64,000 nt of DNA from Dehalococcoidales bacterium (GTDB lineage: Bacteria > Chloroflexota > Dehalococcoidia > Dehalococcoidales > Fen-1064): positions 1,108,594-1,172,593 of the forward strand of contig CP070842.1 in the NCBI GenBank assembly GCA_020342155.1. The letters are read 5' to 3'. The notes below the pieces were generated by a model. It was given only the letters and a program-made list of their open reading frames with translations. It was not told where the DNA came from and ran no database searches. Of this stretch, positions 19,447-28,622 are shown piece after piece. The translations under genes and the position numbers were made by a program. Each line of letters begins with the position of its first letter. Position 1 is the stretch's first letter.

Positions 19447-20790
19447 TTACTGTGAATGTCTCGTAGCATATAGGTCGGCATCGAATTTACGCCTTAATCC
19501 TTCAGAACTCATAAACCGGACGTTCCCGAATATAGGCCTTGTTGCCCACGGCCTATCGTGTTTCCCGAAGCACCACGCCACACCAGCAAACCCGTTAGGG
19601 TCTCTTCCATCAAGTTCATATTTGTTATTTAGGTAAAGCGCTGTCTGGTAAGCTTTTTCAGGTTCGGTACTCCACTCAAGGATTTTCTTGCCCCAGTACA
19701 TTCGCATATAACCGTGCATTTTCCCAGTGTTCAACATTTCTTTTTGAGCAGCATTCCAATAGTAGTCGTGGGTAACTGCATTTTCTAGGTCTTGCAGCGA
19801 ATATATATAGGCACGGTTATCATTTTTATGCTCTAGAAGCGTTTTCTTAGCCCACGCAGGAATCCCTTCAAACGACTCATATTTTTGATTGTAGTAGACA
19901 TAGTTGATCGACAATTCTCTTCTTACAATGAGCTCTTCCAAATAAGCGTCCTTTACGCCACTACCTGATTTTATCACTTCAAGGGCGATTTCAAGTGGGG
20001 AAATCTGCCCAAAATGGAGATAAGGGCTCATATTGGAAAGGCCATCTTCATTCGGATCATTTCGTAAATCACCATATCTGTCTAGTTTCTTGCTTATGAA
20101 CTCCTCAAGCCGTTTTTTCGCTTCTGAAGTACCTCCATGGAAACTGGCGACAGGTTTGACGGAGTGGTCAATATTCAGTGCTGATACGGTTCTAGTTGTG
20201 TCTGAAATACCATGACTCTCAAATTCAAGCCGTGATGAATCAATTTTTGGCGTTTCTTCTGATAAAGGAACAAGATATTTGTATAGCATGCGTAGGATTT
20301 TACGTCTTAGCGTGGCAGCAGAATATTCCTCCTTATTTGAAGCTCTCTCGATAGGAACCACAACATCACTCTCTACCTGTAATAATGGGCAATCAATATG
20401 TTCAGCAACATATTTGCGCCATTGCTTCTGTATTTTCAGATAGCCCCGGTCGCACACGACAAGAGACGCATTCTTGGCAAACTTCACAGCTCCTATCTCT
20501 GGAGAAATCTGTTCGATTACACAACCTATGCCTCTTGAATGAAAAGCTTGCTGGACTTCTTTCAAACCCTCAATCATGAAAAAATAATGTCGTTCATTTG
20601 CTTCGGGAAACCCATCAGTAAGGCCAAAATAGACTATTAGAGGCAGCTTTCTCTGGTTCGACTGTTCTATAGCAAATGCCAGTGCGTGATTATATTCTAC
20701 GCGCTGGGATGCCTGCATCCAGTAGAGGACATACTTCCCTTCCGTCAGATGCTTTCTATTGAGTGGCTTAATTCTTGTCTCATCAATCAT
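19447..20790 (-). CDS. class II CPD deoxyribodipyrimidine photolyase
   Basis: The N-terminus YVLYWMQASQRVEYNHAL and the C-terminal FAD-binding region (MHGYMRMYWGKKILEW, NGFAGVAWCFG) are typical of class II photolyases. Confidence 0.85.
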   Translation of the reverse strand: MIDETRIKPLNRKHLTEGKYVLYWMQASQRVEYNHALAFAIEQSNQRKLPLIVYFGLTDGFPEANERHYFFMIEGLKEVQQAFHSRGIGCVIEQISPEIGAVKFAKNASLVVCDRGYLKIQKQWRKYVAEHIDCPLLQVESDVVVPIERASNKEEYSAATLRRKILRMLYKYLVPLSEETPKIDSSRLEFESHGISDTTRTVSALNIDHSVKPVASFHGGTSEAKKRLEEFISKKLDRYGDLRNDPNEDGLSNMSPYLHFGQISPLEIALEVIKSGSGVKDAYLEELIVRRELSINYVYYNQKYESFEGIPAWAKKTLLEHKNDNRAYIYSLQDLENAVTHDYYWNAAQKEMLNTGKMHGYMRMYWGKKILEWSTEPEKAYQTALYLNNKYELDGRDPNGFAGVAWCFGKHDRPWATRPIFGNVRFMSSEGLRRKFDADLYATRHSQ

Positions 20791-20924
20791 TTATTAACCA
20801 ACAAGTATTATTATGTGGTTATAGTATAATAAACTGTGCTAGTCTTGCGAGTTTGAGGCATTCCAGGACGAGTAGTAGAATAATTTATGAACTGTTTCAT
20901 GGTTTTGGAAGTTAATAGACAACA

Positions 20925-21359
20925 ATGATCCAAGCCGAGGAGTTATTAGAAGAAGTATTACATACGCAATACTTCGCCGTGCTAAATACACTGGGTGAGG
21001 GCCTGCCTTATAGTAACCTGGTTTCTTTCGCCGTAACCGAAGATCTGAGATCACTGGTCTTTGTTACCAACCGGAATACCCGTAAATATAGAAACATACA
21101 GGAAAATGGAAGTATTTCATTGTTGATTGACAATAGAACGAACCGACCTTCCGATGTTTCGCATGCAATCGCGATAACGGCAATCGGCACTTCCTGTGAA
21201 GAAATAGCGAATAAAGGCCGCCTTCAAGCTATTTTTCTCTCTAGACATCCAAATCTGAAACAATTTGTAAATGCCCCAGACAATGCCATCATGCTAGTGA
21301 CCGTACATGAATATATCATAGCCGGCTTCGATAAGACGCAGCGCGTTGTTATGACATAA
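20925..21359 (+). CDS. pyridoxamine 5'-phosphate oxidase-family (FMN-binding split-barrel) protein
   Basis: It is 144 aa with the pattern FAVLNTLGEGLPYSNLVSF....FVTNRNTRKYRNI. Confidence 0.65.
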   Translation: MIQAEELLEEVLHTQYFAVLNTLGEGLPYSNLVSFAVTEDLRSLVFVTNRNTRKYRNIQENGSISLLIDNRTNRPSDVSHAIAITAIGTSCEEIANKGRLQAIFLSRHPNLKQFVNAPDNAIMLVTVHEYIIAGFDKTQRVVMT

Positions 21360-21597
21360 TAGTATTCATCTGATTGTTTGCCAGTATTCTTAACACTGAT
21401 ACACATCCTACGGCTGATTTGATATATGATAGGGATATAAAGTCATACTGATCATAATTAGAGGATTTGTGCACCATAATCTTAGAATATACGACGGGAT
21501 AAAAGAATATCGGAGATAAAGGTTGTCGATCGATTTCTTTCACAAAAAACCGTCATAATGGCGGAAGATTAAGGTTCTAATATGGGGAGGCAGGGAA

Positions 21598-22668
21598 ATG
21601 CAATTGTCTTCTCTAAATAAATCTACAAGTGTGATTACTCTTGGTGCTTTTCTAAATACCGAAAGTGAAGAACTTCTCTTTGCGCATCTTAAGGAGGTAT
21701 TGCAAAGCGAAAAAGACAGAGTTATTCTGGATTTTCGTCCAGTAGATCACATGAACAGCGCTGGGGTCAGCGCCCTGGTTAAACTCGCTGCTATGGCAAA
21801 GCAGAATAGAGTAAAGCTCTTTGCATACGGGCTTAATAAGCGCTATGGGGAGATACTGGCTTTAACCGGTCTGTACGAAGGTATTCCGGCACTTGATAGT
21901 GTTTATGAAGAAGTAGAGTCATTGTCCCGGGCTAAGCTTGCCGAGCTTGAGAAGATGGATTTCAAAGCGGGCAAGCAATCTGATGCTGGCTGGGCACCGA
22001 AGGTGCACAGGCTCACGGTCACGGAGAAGCCTGAAGGCGCCTTTGCTAAAAATATGGACGGGCGTAAGATTATCGGTCAGTTTCAGGGATTTGGCCCGAT
22101 GTGGGAGAAAACCTATTGGCTTAACATTAAAAAAGCAGGGATAAGGAAGGAAGACGTGGTTCTGGCTATGCAGGAACACTTCTTAGAGTTTCAGCCATCG
22201 GAAAACTCATTCTATCCGACAAGCAAGGGGATTGCTCCCGGGGAAATTATATTTGTTGATTCTAGGACCCTAGGCGGCATCGTCAGTACCGGCGTAATGG
22301 TGTTGTATATGGATGATAGAAGCTTTACCTTTATCACCCCACATGGCCACCCGGAAGCTGGCTGGGTTACCTTTAGCGTCGATGAGGGGGAAGATTCGAT
22401 TTATGTTCAGATACAGGGGCTGGCTCGTGCATCCGATCCCTTTTTCGAGATCGCCTTTAGAATCGCCGGCTCGAAGTTCCAAGAGACAATTTGGAAACAT
22501 GTATTATCATCACTAGCTAAATATCTAGGTGTGGAAGAAAATGTACAGATGAAGAAGTACTGTCCCGCCACTGATTTGCAATGGAGTAAAGTAAGCAACA
22601 TATTGTACAACTCGCAGATAAGGTCATTCCCACTGAATATAACGACTTTGTTTAAACGGAGCCTTTAA
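21598..22668 (+). CDS. STAS-domain protein with DUF1990-like C-terminal domain
   Basis: The N-terminus is a STAS/anti-sigma-antagonist fold (VILDFRPVDHMNSAGVSALVKL...FAYGLN). The C-terminus has a GHPEAGWVTFSV motif reminiscent of DUF1990. Confidence 0.55.
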   Translation: MQLSSLNKSTSVITLGAFLNTESEELLFAHLKEVLQSEKDRVILDFRPVDHMNSAGVSALVKLAAMAKQNRVKLFAYGLNKRYGEILALTGLYEGIPALDSVYEEVESLSRAKLAELEKMDFKAGKQSDAGWAPKVHRLTVTEKPEGAFAKNMDGRKIIGQFQGFGPMWEKTYWLNIKKAGIRKEDVVLAMQEHFLEFQPSENSFYPTSKGIAPGEIIFVDSRTLGGIVSTGVMVLYMDDRSFTFITPHGHPEAGWVTFSVDEGEDSIYVQIQGLARASDPFFEIAFRIAGSKFQETIWKHVLSSLAKYLGVEENVQMKKYCPATDLQWSKVSNILYNSQIRSFPLNITTLFKRSL

Positions 22669-22669
22669 A

Positions 22670-24097
22670 TTGGTCGTGGGGAAAAAAGAAGCGATCGTAG
22701 TCGGCTCGGGGCCTAACGGACTGGCGGCAGCTATCGCCTTGGCGCAGGCTGGCTTAGAGGTAACCGTTTATGAGAAGCATGAGATAATCGGGGGAGGCTG
22801 CCGTTCCCTTGAACTGATACAAAAAGGTTATATCCATGACGTGTGCTCCACGGTTCATCTACAGGCAAAACTTTCACCATTTTTCCGGAAATTACCACTT
22901 GAAGAGTTCGGACTAAGGTGGGTTACACCCCCCTTTGCCCTAGCCAACCCCTTCAATGATGGCACAGCGGCAGTTGTATCCCAGTCTATGTCTGAGACGA
23001 TGGCAACCCTGGATGGCATCGATGAGGAGACGTATGCAAAACTAATGTCCCCGCTAGTTAATAAATCACAAGAACTCATGGATGAAATCATGCGATTCCC
23101 TAGTATTCCCTGGCGCCACCCGTTCATAATGTTGAATTTTGGCAGAAGAGCTTTGACTTCTACTACCAAGCTTGCCCGAAGTCTTTTTAGAGGAGAGCGG
23201 GCTAGAGCATTGATTGCTGGTATGGGAGCTCATTCGGGGATGGATCTTGATCAGATAGGCAGTTTCGCATCAGGTTTTTTAATGAGCATAACGGCCCACT
23301 CTGACGGCTGGCCCTTCCCAGAGGGTGGCTCACAGAAAACTGTCAATGCCTTGGCAGGTTATCTAACCAAATTGGGTGGCAAAATCATTACCGGCTATGA
23401 AGTCAAATGCCTAGAGCAGTTACCGCCGCACGACGTGGTCTTGCTGGATATAACCCCCCGGCAGTTCCTTCAAATGGCTGAGAACAGACTACCCTACGCT
23501 TATGCCAATAAGATGAGACAGTATAAATACGGATGCGGCGCGTTCAAGTGCGATTGGATTTTAAGCGGACCTGTTCCCTGGAAAGCCAAAGAGTGTTATA
23601 AAGCTAACACCGTGCATATTGGCGGGTATCTTGAAGAAATAGCCGCCGCCGAACGAGAGGTAAATCAGCAGAAGCACCCAGAGAACCCATTTGTTATTCT
23701 AACCCAGCCGAGCCTTTTCGACCATACTCGGGCAAGCGATGATGGTCATATCGTTTATGGGTACTGTCATGTACCTAATGGCTCTACTATTGATATGACA
23801 GAGCGAATCGAAGCTCAGATAGAGCGTTTTGCTCCTGGCTTTAAGGATATGATAATCGGCCGGCATACCATGTCCACCGCAGACTTAGAGAGGTACAATC
23901 CTAACTGTGTAGGGGGGGATTTTCTAGGAGGGGCACAAAGTCTAAAGAAATTGATTCTGCCCCTATTATCCTATGAAACACCAATTAAAAATACTTTCCT
24001 TTGTTCTAGTTCGACACCCCCCAGTCCTGGCGTCCATGGTATGTGCGGTTTCCGTGCTGCACAGACGGCAATAAGAAAACTAGTAACCTCTCACTAG
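22670..24097 (+). CDS. phytoene-desaturase-family FAD-dependent oxidoreductase (CrtI-like)
   Basis: It has the dinucleotide fold VVGSGPNGLAAAIALAQAGLEVTVYEK..IGGG and is 475 aa. Its TTG start abuts the upstream stop codon. Confidence 0.75.
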   Translation: MVVGKKEAIVVGSGPNGLAAAIALAQAGLEVTVYEKHEIIGGGCRSLELIQKGYIHDVCSTVHLQAKLSPFFRKLPLEEFGLRWVTPPFALANPFNDGTAAVVSQSMSETMATLDGIDEETYAKLMSPLVNKSQELMDEIMRFPSIPWRHPFIMLNFGRRALTSTTKLARSLFRGERARALIAGMGAHSGMDLDQIGSFASGFLMSITAHSDGWPFPEGGSQKTVNALAGYLTKLGGKIITGYEVKCLEQLPPHDVVLLDITPRQFLQMAENRLPYAYANKMRQYKYGCGAFKCDWILSGPVPWKAKECYKANTVHIGGYLEEIAAAEREVNQQKHPENPFVILTQPSLFDHTRASDDGHIVYGYCHVPNGSTIDMTERIEAQIERFAPGFKDMIIGRHTMSTADLERYNPNCVGGDFLGGAQSLKKLILPLLSYETPIKNTFLCSSSTPPSPGVHGMCGFRAAQTAIRKLVTSH

Positions 24098-24185
24098 TAG
24101 TTGTACCATTACCGCAAATCATGGAATTTATCATTTTAAGAACAATCCCAAGATTGTAATGCTGAACAGGTTATAGAAATCGATC

Positions 24186-25166
24186 ATGTTAGCTGCAGTA
24201 ACCGGCGCCGCCGGACATCTGGGAGCGAATTTGGTTCGTTCTCTAATAAATAGAGATTGGCAAGTTAGAGCTGTTATCCATCATGATACCAAAGCTCTTG
24301 AGGGGCTTAATATTGAACGTGTTTCAGGAGACATCCTTGAGGAGGAATCTCTTAAGAGAGCATTAAACGGCGTTGATGTGGTCTTTCATCTTGCTGGACG
24401 AATATCAATTGTGAGCTGGGACCGTAAAGAGGTAGAAGCAGTCAATATTACCGGAGTGAAAAACGTGGTGGAAGTTTGTAAGTCCGCTGGAGTGAAAAGG
24501 CTAATACATACGAGTTCCTTTCATGCTCATAAACAGGAACCACTTGATGAACCACTTGACGAATCACGCCCACTCTATGACGGGAAATATCCGCCCTACA
24601 ACCACTCCAAAGCTGAAGGAGAAAAAATAGTTCGGGCAGCAATCGAGCAGGGTCTTGACACAATTATCATCAATCCGGGAGGAATGCTGGGCCCAAATGA
24701 CTTCAAACCTTCTCACTTCGGTTCAACACTACTTTCAATAGCTAAGGGTAAACTGCCGGCCCTGGTCAATGCTGGATTGTGCTGGGTAGATATTCGGGAC
24801 GTTGCTGAGGGTATGATAATTGCCTGCGAACATGCTGAAGCCGGGTCAAAGTTCATATTGAGCGGTAACTGGGTATCACTGGTAGATATAGCTCAAAAAG
24901 TAGCCACCATGATTGGCGTTAAACCACCTCCAATGGTATTACCTATGTGGATAGCCAAATCAAGTGCACCTTTAGCAACACTCCTCGATCAAATAAGAGG
25001 CAAACGTCCCCTGTTTACTCCAATTGCCATGAAAGAACTCGAGAGTAATCATAATATTAGTTATGCGAAGGCTAATAGAGAACTGGACTATGAGCCCCGA
25101 CCATTGGAGCAAACCTTATCTGACACCATAGACTGGTTTCAGAGAAACGGATTTCTAACTACATGA
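24186..25166 (+). CDS. NAD-dependent epimerase/dehydratase family (dihydroflavonol-reductase / HpnA-like)
   Basis: It has the VTGAAGHLGANLV motif and the YxxxK motif (YNHSK). Confidence 0.8.
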   Translation: MLAAVTGAAGHLGANLVRSLINRDWQVRAVIHHDTKALEGLNIERVSGDILEEESLKRALNGVDVVFHLAGRISIVSWDRKEVEAVNITGVKNVVEVCKSAGVKRLIHTSSFHAHKQEPLDEPLDESRPLYDGKYPPYNHSKAEGEKIVRAAIEQGLDTIIINPGGMLGPNDFKPSHFGSTLLSIAKGKLPALVNAGLCWVDIRDVAEGMIIACEHAEAGSKFILSGNWVSLVDIAQKVATMIGVKPPPMVLPMWIAKSSAPLATLLDQIRGKRPLFTPIAMKELESNHNISYAKANRELDYEPRPLEQTLSDTIDWFQRNGFLTT

Positions 25167-25179
25167 TATTGACACAATT

Positions 25180-25938
25180 ATGAATGACTTGGTATTGCGT
25201 TACGTATTGATTGCCTGGATTATCGTCGCGATTCTCGTGTTTATTTCCCTATTCTTCATAGACGCTCCTTACGGACGCTATTTTAGGCGTAGCTTTGGGC
25301 CATCTATCAAGGGAAGGCTCGGCTGGATGATTATGGAAGCACCTGCTCTACTGGTATTTGCTGCCATTTTTGTTGCAGATACTGGAACGGTAACTGTCGT
25401 ACAGATCACTTTCCTCACTATGTGGACAACTCACTACCTAGATAGATCATTCATCTATCCAATCAAACTAAGGATTTCTCCAAAACCATTACCACTAATC
25501 ATACTAATAACCGGTTTTGGATTTAACGTTACGAATGCCTACCTGAACAGTGAATACATTATTATTAATGCCCCAAAATACTCCGAAATCTGGCTATATG
25601 ACGCACGCTTCATCGCCGGTCTCGCCCTCTTTGCATTGGGCTTTATTATGAATCGCCATTCTGATTACATACTGTATCGTATAAGAAAAACGTTACGACA
25701 ACAATATCATATCCCGCAGGGAGGTTTATACCGATGGGTATCCTGTCCAAACTACCTTGGGGAGATTATTATGTGGTCCGGCTGGGCTATTAGTACGTGG
25801 TCGCCAGTAGCCGCCGCGTTTTCATTGTGGACCGTAGCCAATTTAGTACCACGAGCAAGGTCGCATCACCAATGGTACCAGAAACATTTCGTTGATTATC
25901 CCGGTGAAAGGCGTGTCATCATACCCTGGATATGGTAG
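25180..25938 (+). CDS. steroid 5-alpha-reductase-family membrane oxidoreductase
   Basis: It is polytopic. The C-terminal GGLYRWVSCPNYLGEIIMWSGWAI is the family signature. Confidence 0.65.
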   Translation: MNDLVLRYVLIAWIIVAILVFISLFFIDAPYGRYFRRSFGPSIKGRLGWMIMEAPALLVFAAIFVADTGTVTVVQITFLTMWTTHYLDRSFIYPIKLRISPKPLPLIILITGFGFNVTNAYLNSEYIIINAPKYSEIWLYDARFIAGLALFALGFIMNRHSDYILYRIRKTLRQQYHIPQGGLYRWVSCPNYLGEIIMWSGWAISTWSPVAAAFSLWTVANLVPRARSHHQWYQKHFVDYPGERRVIIPWIW

Positions 25939-26008
25939 CTAGCAGTTCACATAAGTCGCAGATTTAGGTATTATTAAGTACAGGTTTTTCTAGGGGAGGT
26001 TCGTTGAA

Positions 26009-26542
26009 ATGGAGACTCAGCATATAATTCTTCTAATTATCAATATCGTAGGAGGTATTGCCGTAATTGGTAGCTATATCGTTGGAATCAAAACACAACC
26101 GGGTGGGGCCAATGCCCTCTGGGGTGGAGTTCCACCGAATGTTAGACCAGTATACGGTGTTTCAATGGTCCTGTCAGCTCTCGGATACTTCGCTTTTCTC
26201 TATTTTATCCTATTCGAAATCGTACCTGACGAAGTATTAATTGGTGGACGATTTGATTTCAGTGTTTTTTACGTGATATTCCTCGTTATTCTCTTGCCCT
26301 CAGCATTATGGATGCCACTTACTAACGTGTATATCGGTAATCATAGAACAGGTATCAAGATCGGAGTTCGTATTATCCTGGCACTGGTAGGCCTGGCTTC
26401 GATAGCCCTTGTGTGGTCGATTCTCAGTCTGGAAACTAGAACTCCAAACGTTCCCTACTGGCTCGCGGTCGCCGGCAGTAGTTATTTTGCTTTCCATACC
26501 GCTATTTTAGACGGTATAATCTGGTCAATACTATTTAAATAG
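26009..26542 (+). CDS. integral membrane protein, unknown function
   Basis: It is 177 aa with about five hydrophobic helices and a GGGGAGG-type RBS. Confidence 0.5.
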   Translation: METQHIILLIINIVGGIAVIGSYIVGIKTQPGGANALWGGVPPNVRPVYGVSMVLSALGYFAFLYFILFEIVPDEVLIGGRFDFSVFYVIFLVILLPSALWMPLTNVYIGNHRTGIKIGVRIILALVGLASIALVWSILSLETRTPNVPYWLAVAGSSYFAFHTAILDGIIWSILFK

Positions 26543-26610
26543 GTTTAACCGAATAACTTGTAGTGAATCGTGAATCGAAAATGTATAGGAAGGAAAATCA
26601 AGAGATAGCC

Positions 26611-26955
26611 ATGAAAGTCGACTTCTATTGCTGGGCAAAATGAAATACCTGTCGTAAGGCGAAGGAGTATCTTTCGCAAAAGAACCTGGAAATCAACGAG
26701 CGTGATTTCTTCAAGAATCCCTTCAACCGGACGGAGATCGAGGAGTTGCTCCAAGGGAAATCTGCTTCTGTGATGTTCAACTTCAGAAGCCCCAGCTTCA
26801 AGCAGCTCGGTCTGGAGCGAGATAAACTTAGCGATAGTGAACTAGTCGATTTTATGTTAAAAGAACCAAGACTTGTCCGCAGGCCTGTGGTTCGTATTGG
26901 TGACAGAGTATATTATAGCGCTGATAAGTCAGTTCTGGAGGGTTTAGTAGGTTAG
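26611..26955 (+). CDS. ArsC/Spx/YffB-family thioredoxin-fold protein with in-frame TGA at codon 11 (candidate selenoprotein, otherwise a pseudogene)
   Basis: The sequence reads MKVDFYCWAK-TGA-NTCRKAKEYL... in a single frame through to the ORF-track fragment 26746-26955. The TGA (26641-26643) aligns with the first Cys of the family CxxC motif. The downstream RSPSFKQLGL and EPRLVRRPVV match the family. Confidence 0.55.
26659..26677 (+). other. hairpin 15 nt downstream of the in-frame TGA (possible bacterial SECIS)
   Basis: GCGAAGGA-GTA-TCTTTCGC forms 8 pairs including one G-U. There is a GU in the apical region. Confidence 0.35.
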
Positions 26956-26956
26956 T

Positions 26957-27418
26957 ATGGAGCGGTTGAACCCGGAGAAACTCCATGTAACGTACTTAAC
27001 CGGCACTACTCCTGAGAGTCTCGTGTTACCCAGACGTTACACGCTGACTCACTCTGATATTTCAGGCAAGCTCTTTCTCTCCATCGGTAGTGATTATGAT
27101 ACACGGAAGACTTCTAAATTATATACCAGACTAATGAGGGATGAAGTATTGGCAGAATTAGTAGACGAGGGAGAAGGTCCTGTATTCAGGGTGCACTGTC
27201 ATGTCAGTGGAGGATTTGTTTTTGGTAGGGCTAAGTGGCGGTATGATATCTTCCAATCTGAACTACCGCTCGTGTTGGAAGCTATAAGATACGGTGATAG
27301 GACACTATTTGAATATAATCCAGAACTCGACAACAGCCTGATATTCATAAAATTCCATTCAACTGATAGCAAGTTTGATAAGGTCGAAAATTGGGGTACC
27401 ATGCTCAGATACAACTGA
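26957..27418 (+). CDS. Staygreen (SGR, Mg-dechelatase) family protein
   Basis: RRYTLTHSDISGKL, RDEVLAE and VHCHVSGG are hallmark SGR motifs. The ATG lies 1 nt after the ArsC-family stop codon. Confidence 0.8.
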   Translation: MERLNPEKLHVTYLTGTTPESLVLPRRYTLTHSDISGKLFLSIGSDYDTRKTSKLYTRLMRDEVLAELVDEGEGPVFRVHCHVSGGFVFGRAKWRYDIFQSELPLVLEAIRYGDRTLFEYNPELDNSLIFIKFHSTDSKFDKVENWGTMLRYN

Positions 27419-27512
27419 GGTAACAAAATAGTAGATTGTTATATAACCCTAATTATCCAGCAACATGTTAGGCGGTTAGGCGAAGAGAAAACGACCGTAT
27501 ATCAGCGTATCA

Positions 27513-27554
27513 GAGCGGGCGCTCAGTCACAAGGAGATTCTGGAGGCGTAGGGT
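27513..27554 (+). repeat. cassette-junction repeat, copy 0 (3' part only)
   Basis: gag cgg gcg ctc agt cac aag gag att ctg gag gcg tag translates to ERALSHKEILEA*, which aligns with copies 1-3. Confidence 0.65.
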
Positions 27555-27576
27555 CTCTCAGTAAAGGAGAAGGACC

Positions 27577-28395
27577 ATGCCATTCGCTAAAGTTCGTGAT
27601 ATTCAGATGTATTATGAAATCCACGGGGCAGGGCCTCGTCTGCTCTGCATCAGTGGTACGGGTGGTGATCTTAGACAAAAGCCAAATGTTTTTGATTCAC
27701 CACTATCAGCCCACTTTGAAATCCTAGCCTATGATCAACGCGGTCTTGGTCAAACAGATAAACCAGACATCCCTTATACTATGACGGACTACGCCTTAGA
27801 TGCCGACAGCCTACTAGATGTCATTGGCTGGGAAGGCTGCTTTGTAATCGGAGCATCGTTCGGTGGCATGGTGGCCCAAGAGTTCGCATTACGCAGTCCC
27901 CAACGGGTGGAGCGGTTGGTACTAGCCTGTACGAGTAGTGGTGGTGCAGGAGGGTCGTCATACCCGATTCACGAATTTGTTGATCTATCTCCACGGGAAA
28001 GGGCACTTCGTTTCCTGCAACTCAGTGACACCCGACTTGATACGGCATGGCAATCCGCAAATCCAGAACGGTTCGCTCAACTGATCGAGCAAATGGTAGA
28101 AGGATATGTGATCGGCGCAAACGAGTCAGGCCAGGAAATAGGTGCTCGCCGCCAGTTAGAAGCGCGTATCGGACACGACACTTATGATCGCCTTCCCAAA
28201 CTCCAGATGCCTGTTTTTATCATTGGTGGCCGCTACGACGGTATAGCTCCAGTCTCAAATCTCGAAGCAATGCACAAGCAGATACCTCATGCCCGTCTAG
28301 AGCTGTTCGAGGGTGGGCATATGTTTATGCTTCAAGATGCCCGGGTGTATAGTCGCATTTCGGCGTTCCTGCATGATGAACTGGACCAAGCATGA
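27577..28395 (+). CDS. alpha/beta hydrolase
   Basis: It has the nucleophile elbow GASFGG, a C-terminal GGHMF His region, and an AAAGGAGAAGG RBS. Confidence 0.85.
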   Translation: MPFAKVRDIQMYYEIHGAGPRLLCISGTGGDLRQKPNVFDSPLSAHFEILAYDQRGLGQTDKPDIPYTMTDYALDADSLLDVIGWEGCFVIGASFGGMVAQEFALRSPQRVERLVLACTSSGGAGGSSYPIHEFVDLSPRERALRFLQLSDTRLDTAWQSANPERFAQLIEQMVEGYVIGANESGQEIGARRQLEARIGHDTYDRLPKLQMPVFIIGGRYDGIAPVSNLEAMHKQIPHARLELFEGGHMFMLQDARVYSRISAFLHDELDQA

Positions 28396-28437
28396 TATAC
28401 GGAATCCCATGTGCTCGGATACCTCGACTTTGTCATC

Positions 28438-28520
28438 AATGAAATCCGCGAGATGGATATGCAGCCCTCACTGGAGAGGGCGCTGAGAGAAAAGGAGACT
28501 CTGGGGGCGTAGAAAGATAC
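28438..28520 (+). repeat. cassette-junction repeat, copy 1
   Basis: It encodes ...NEIREMDMQPSLERALREKETLGA* (micro-ORF 28459-28512) and contains the hairpin GCCCTC-actgga-GAGGGC (28464-28481). Confidence 0.75.
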
Positions 28521-28622
28521 AACAACCGTAATTCTGAAGCTTGTAATCTCCTTGACAACACACCCTTCAAGCCCTACCATTAGCCCTGGTCACATATTAC
28601 TGCTGAATGGGGGGACAATACC

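Noticed and set aside
28393-28512. Read-through of the alpha/beta-hydrolase TGA stop into the in-frame conserved tail (a second Sec or read-through site).
   Set aside because: The tails after the other two cassettes are in different frames from their upstream genes and are separated by additional stops. The in-frame arrangement here is therefore most simply a one-in-three coincidence.
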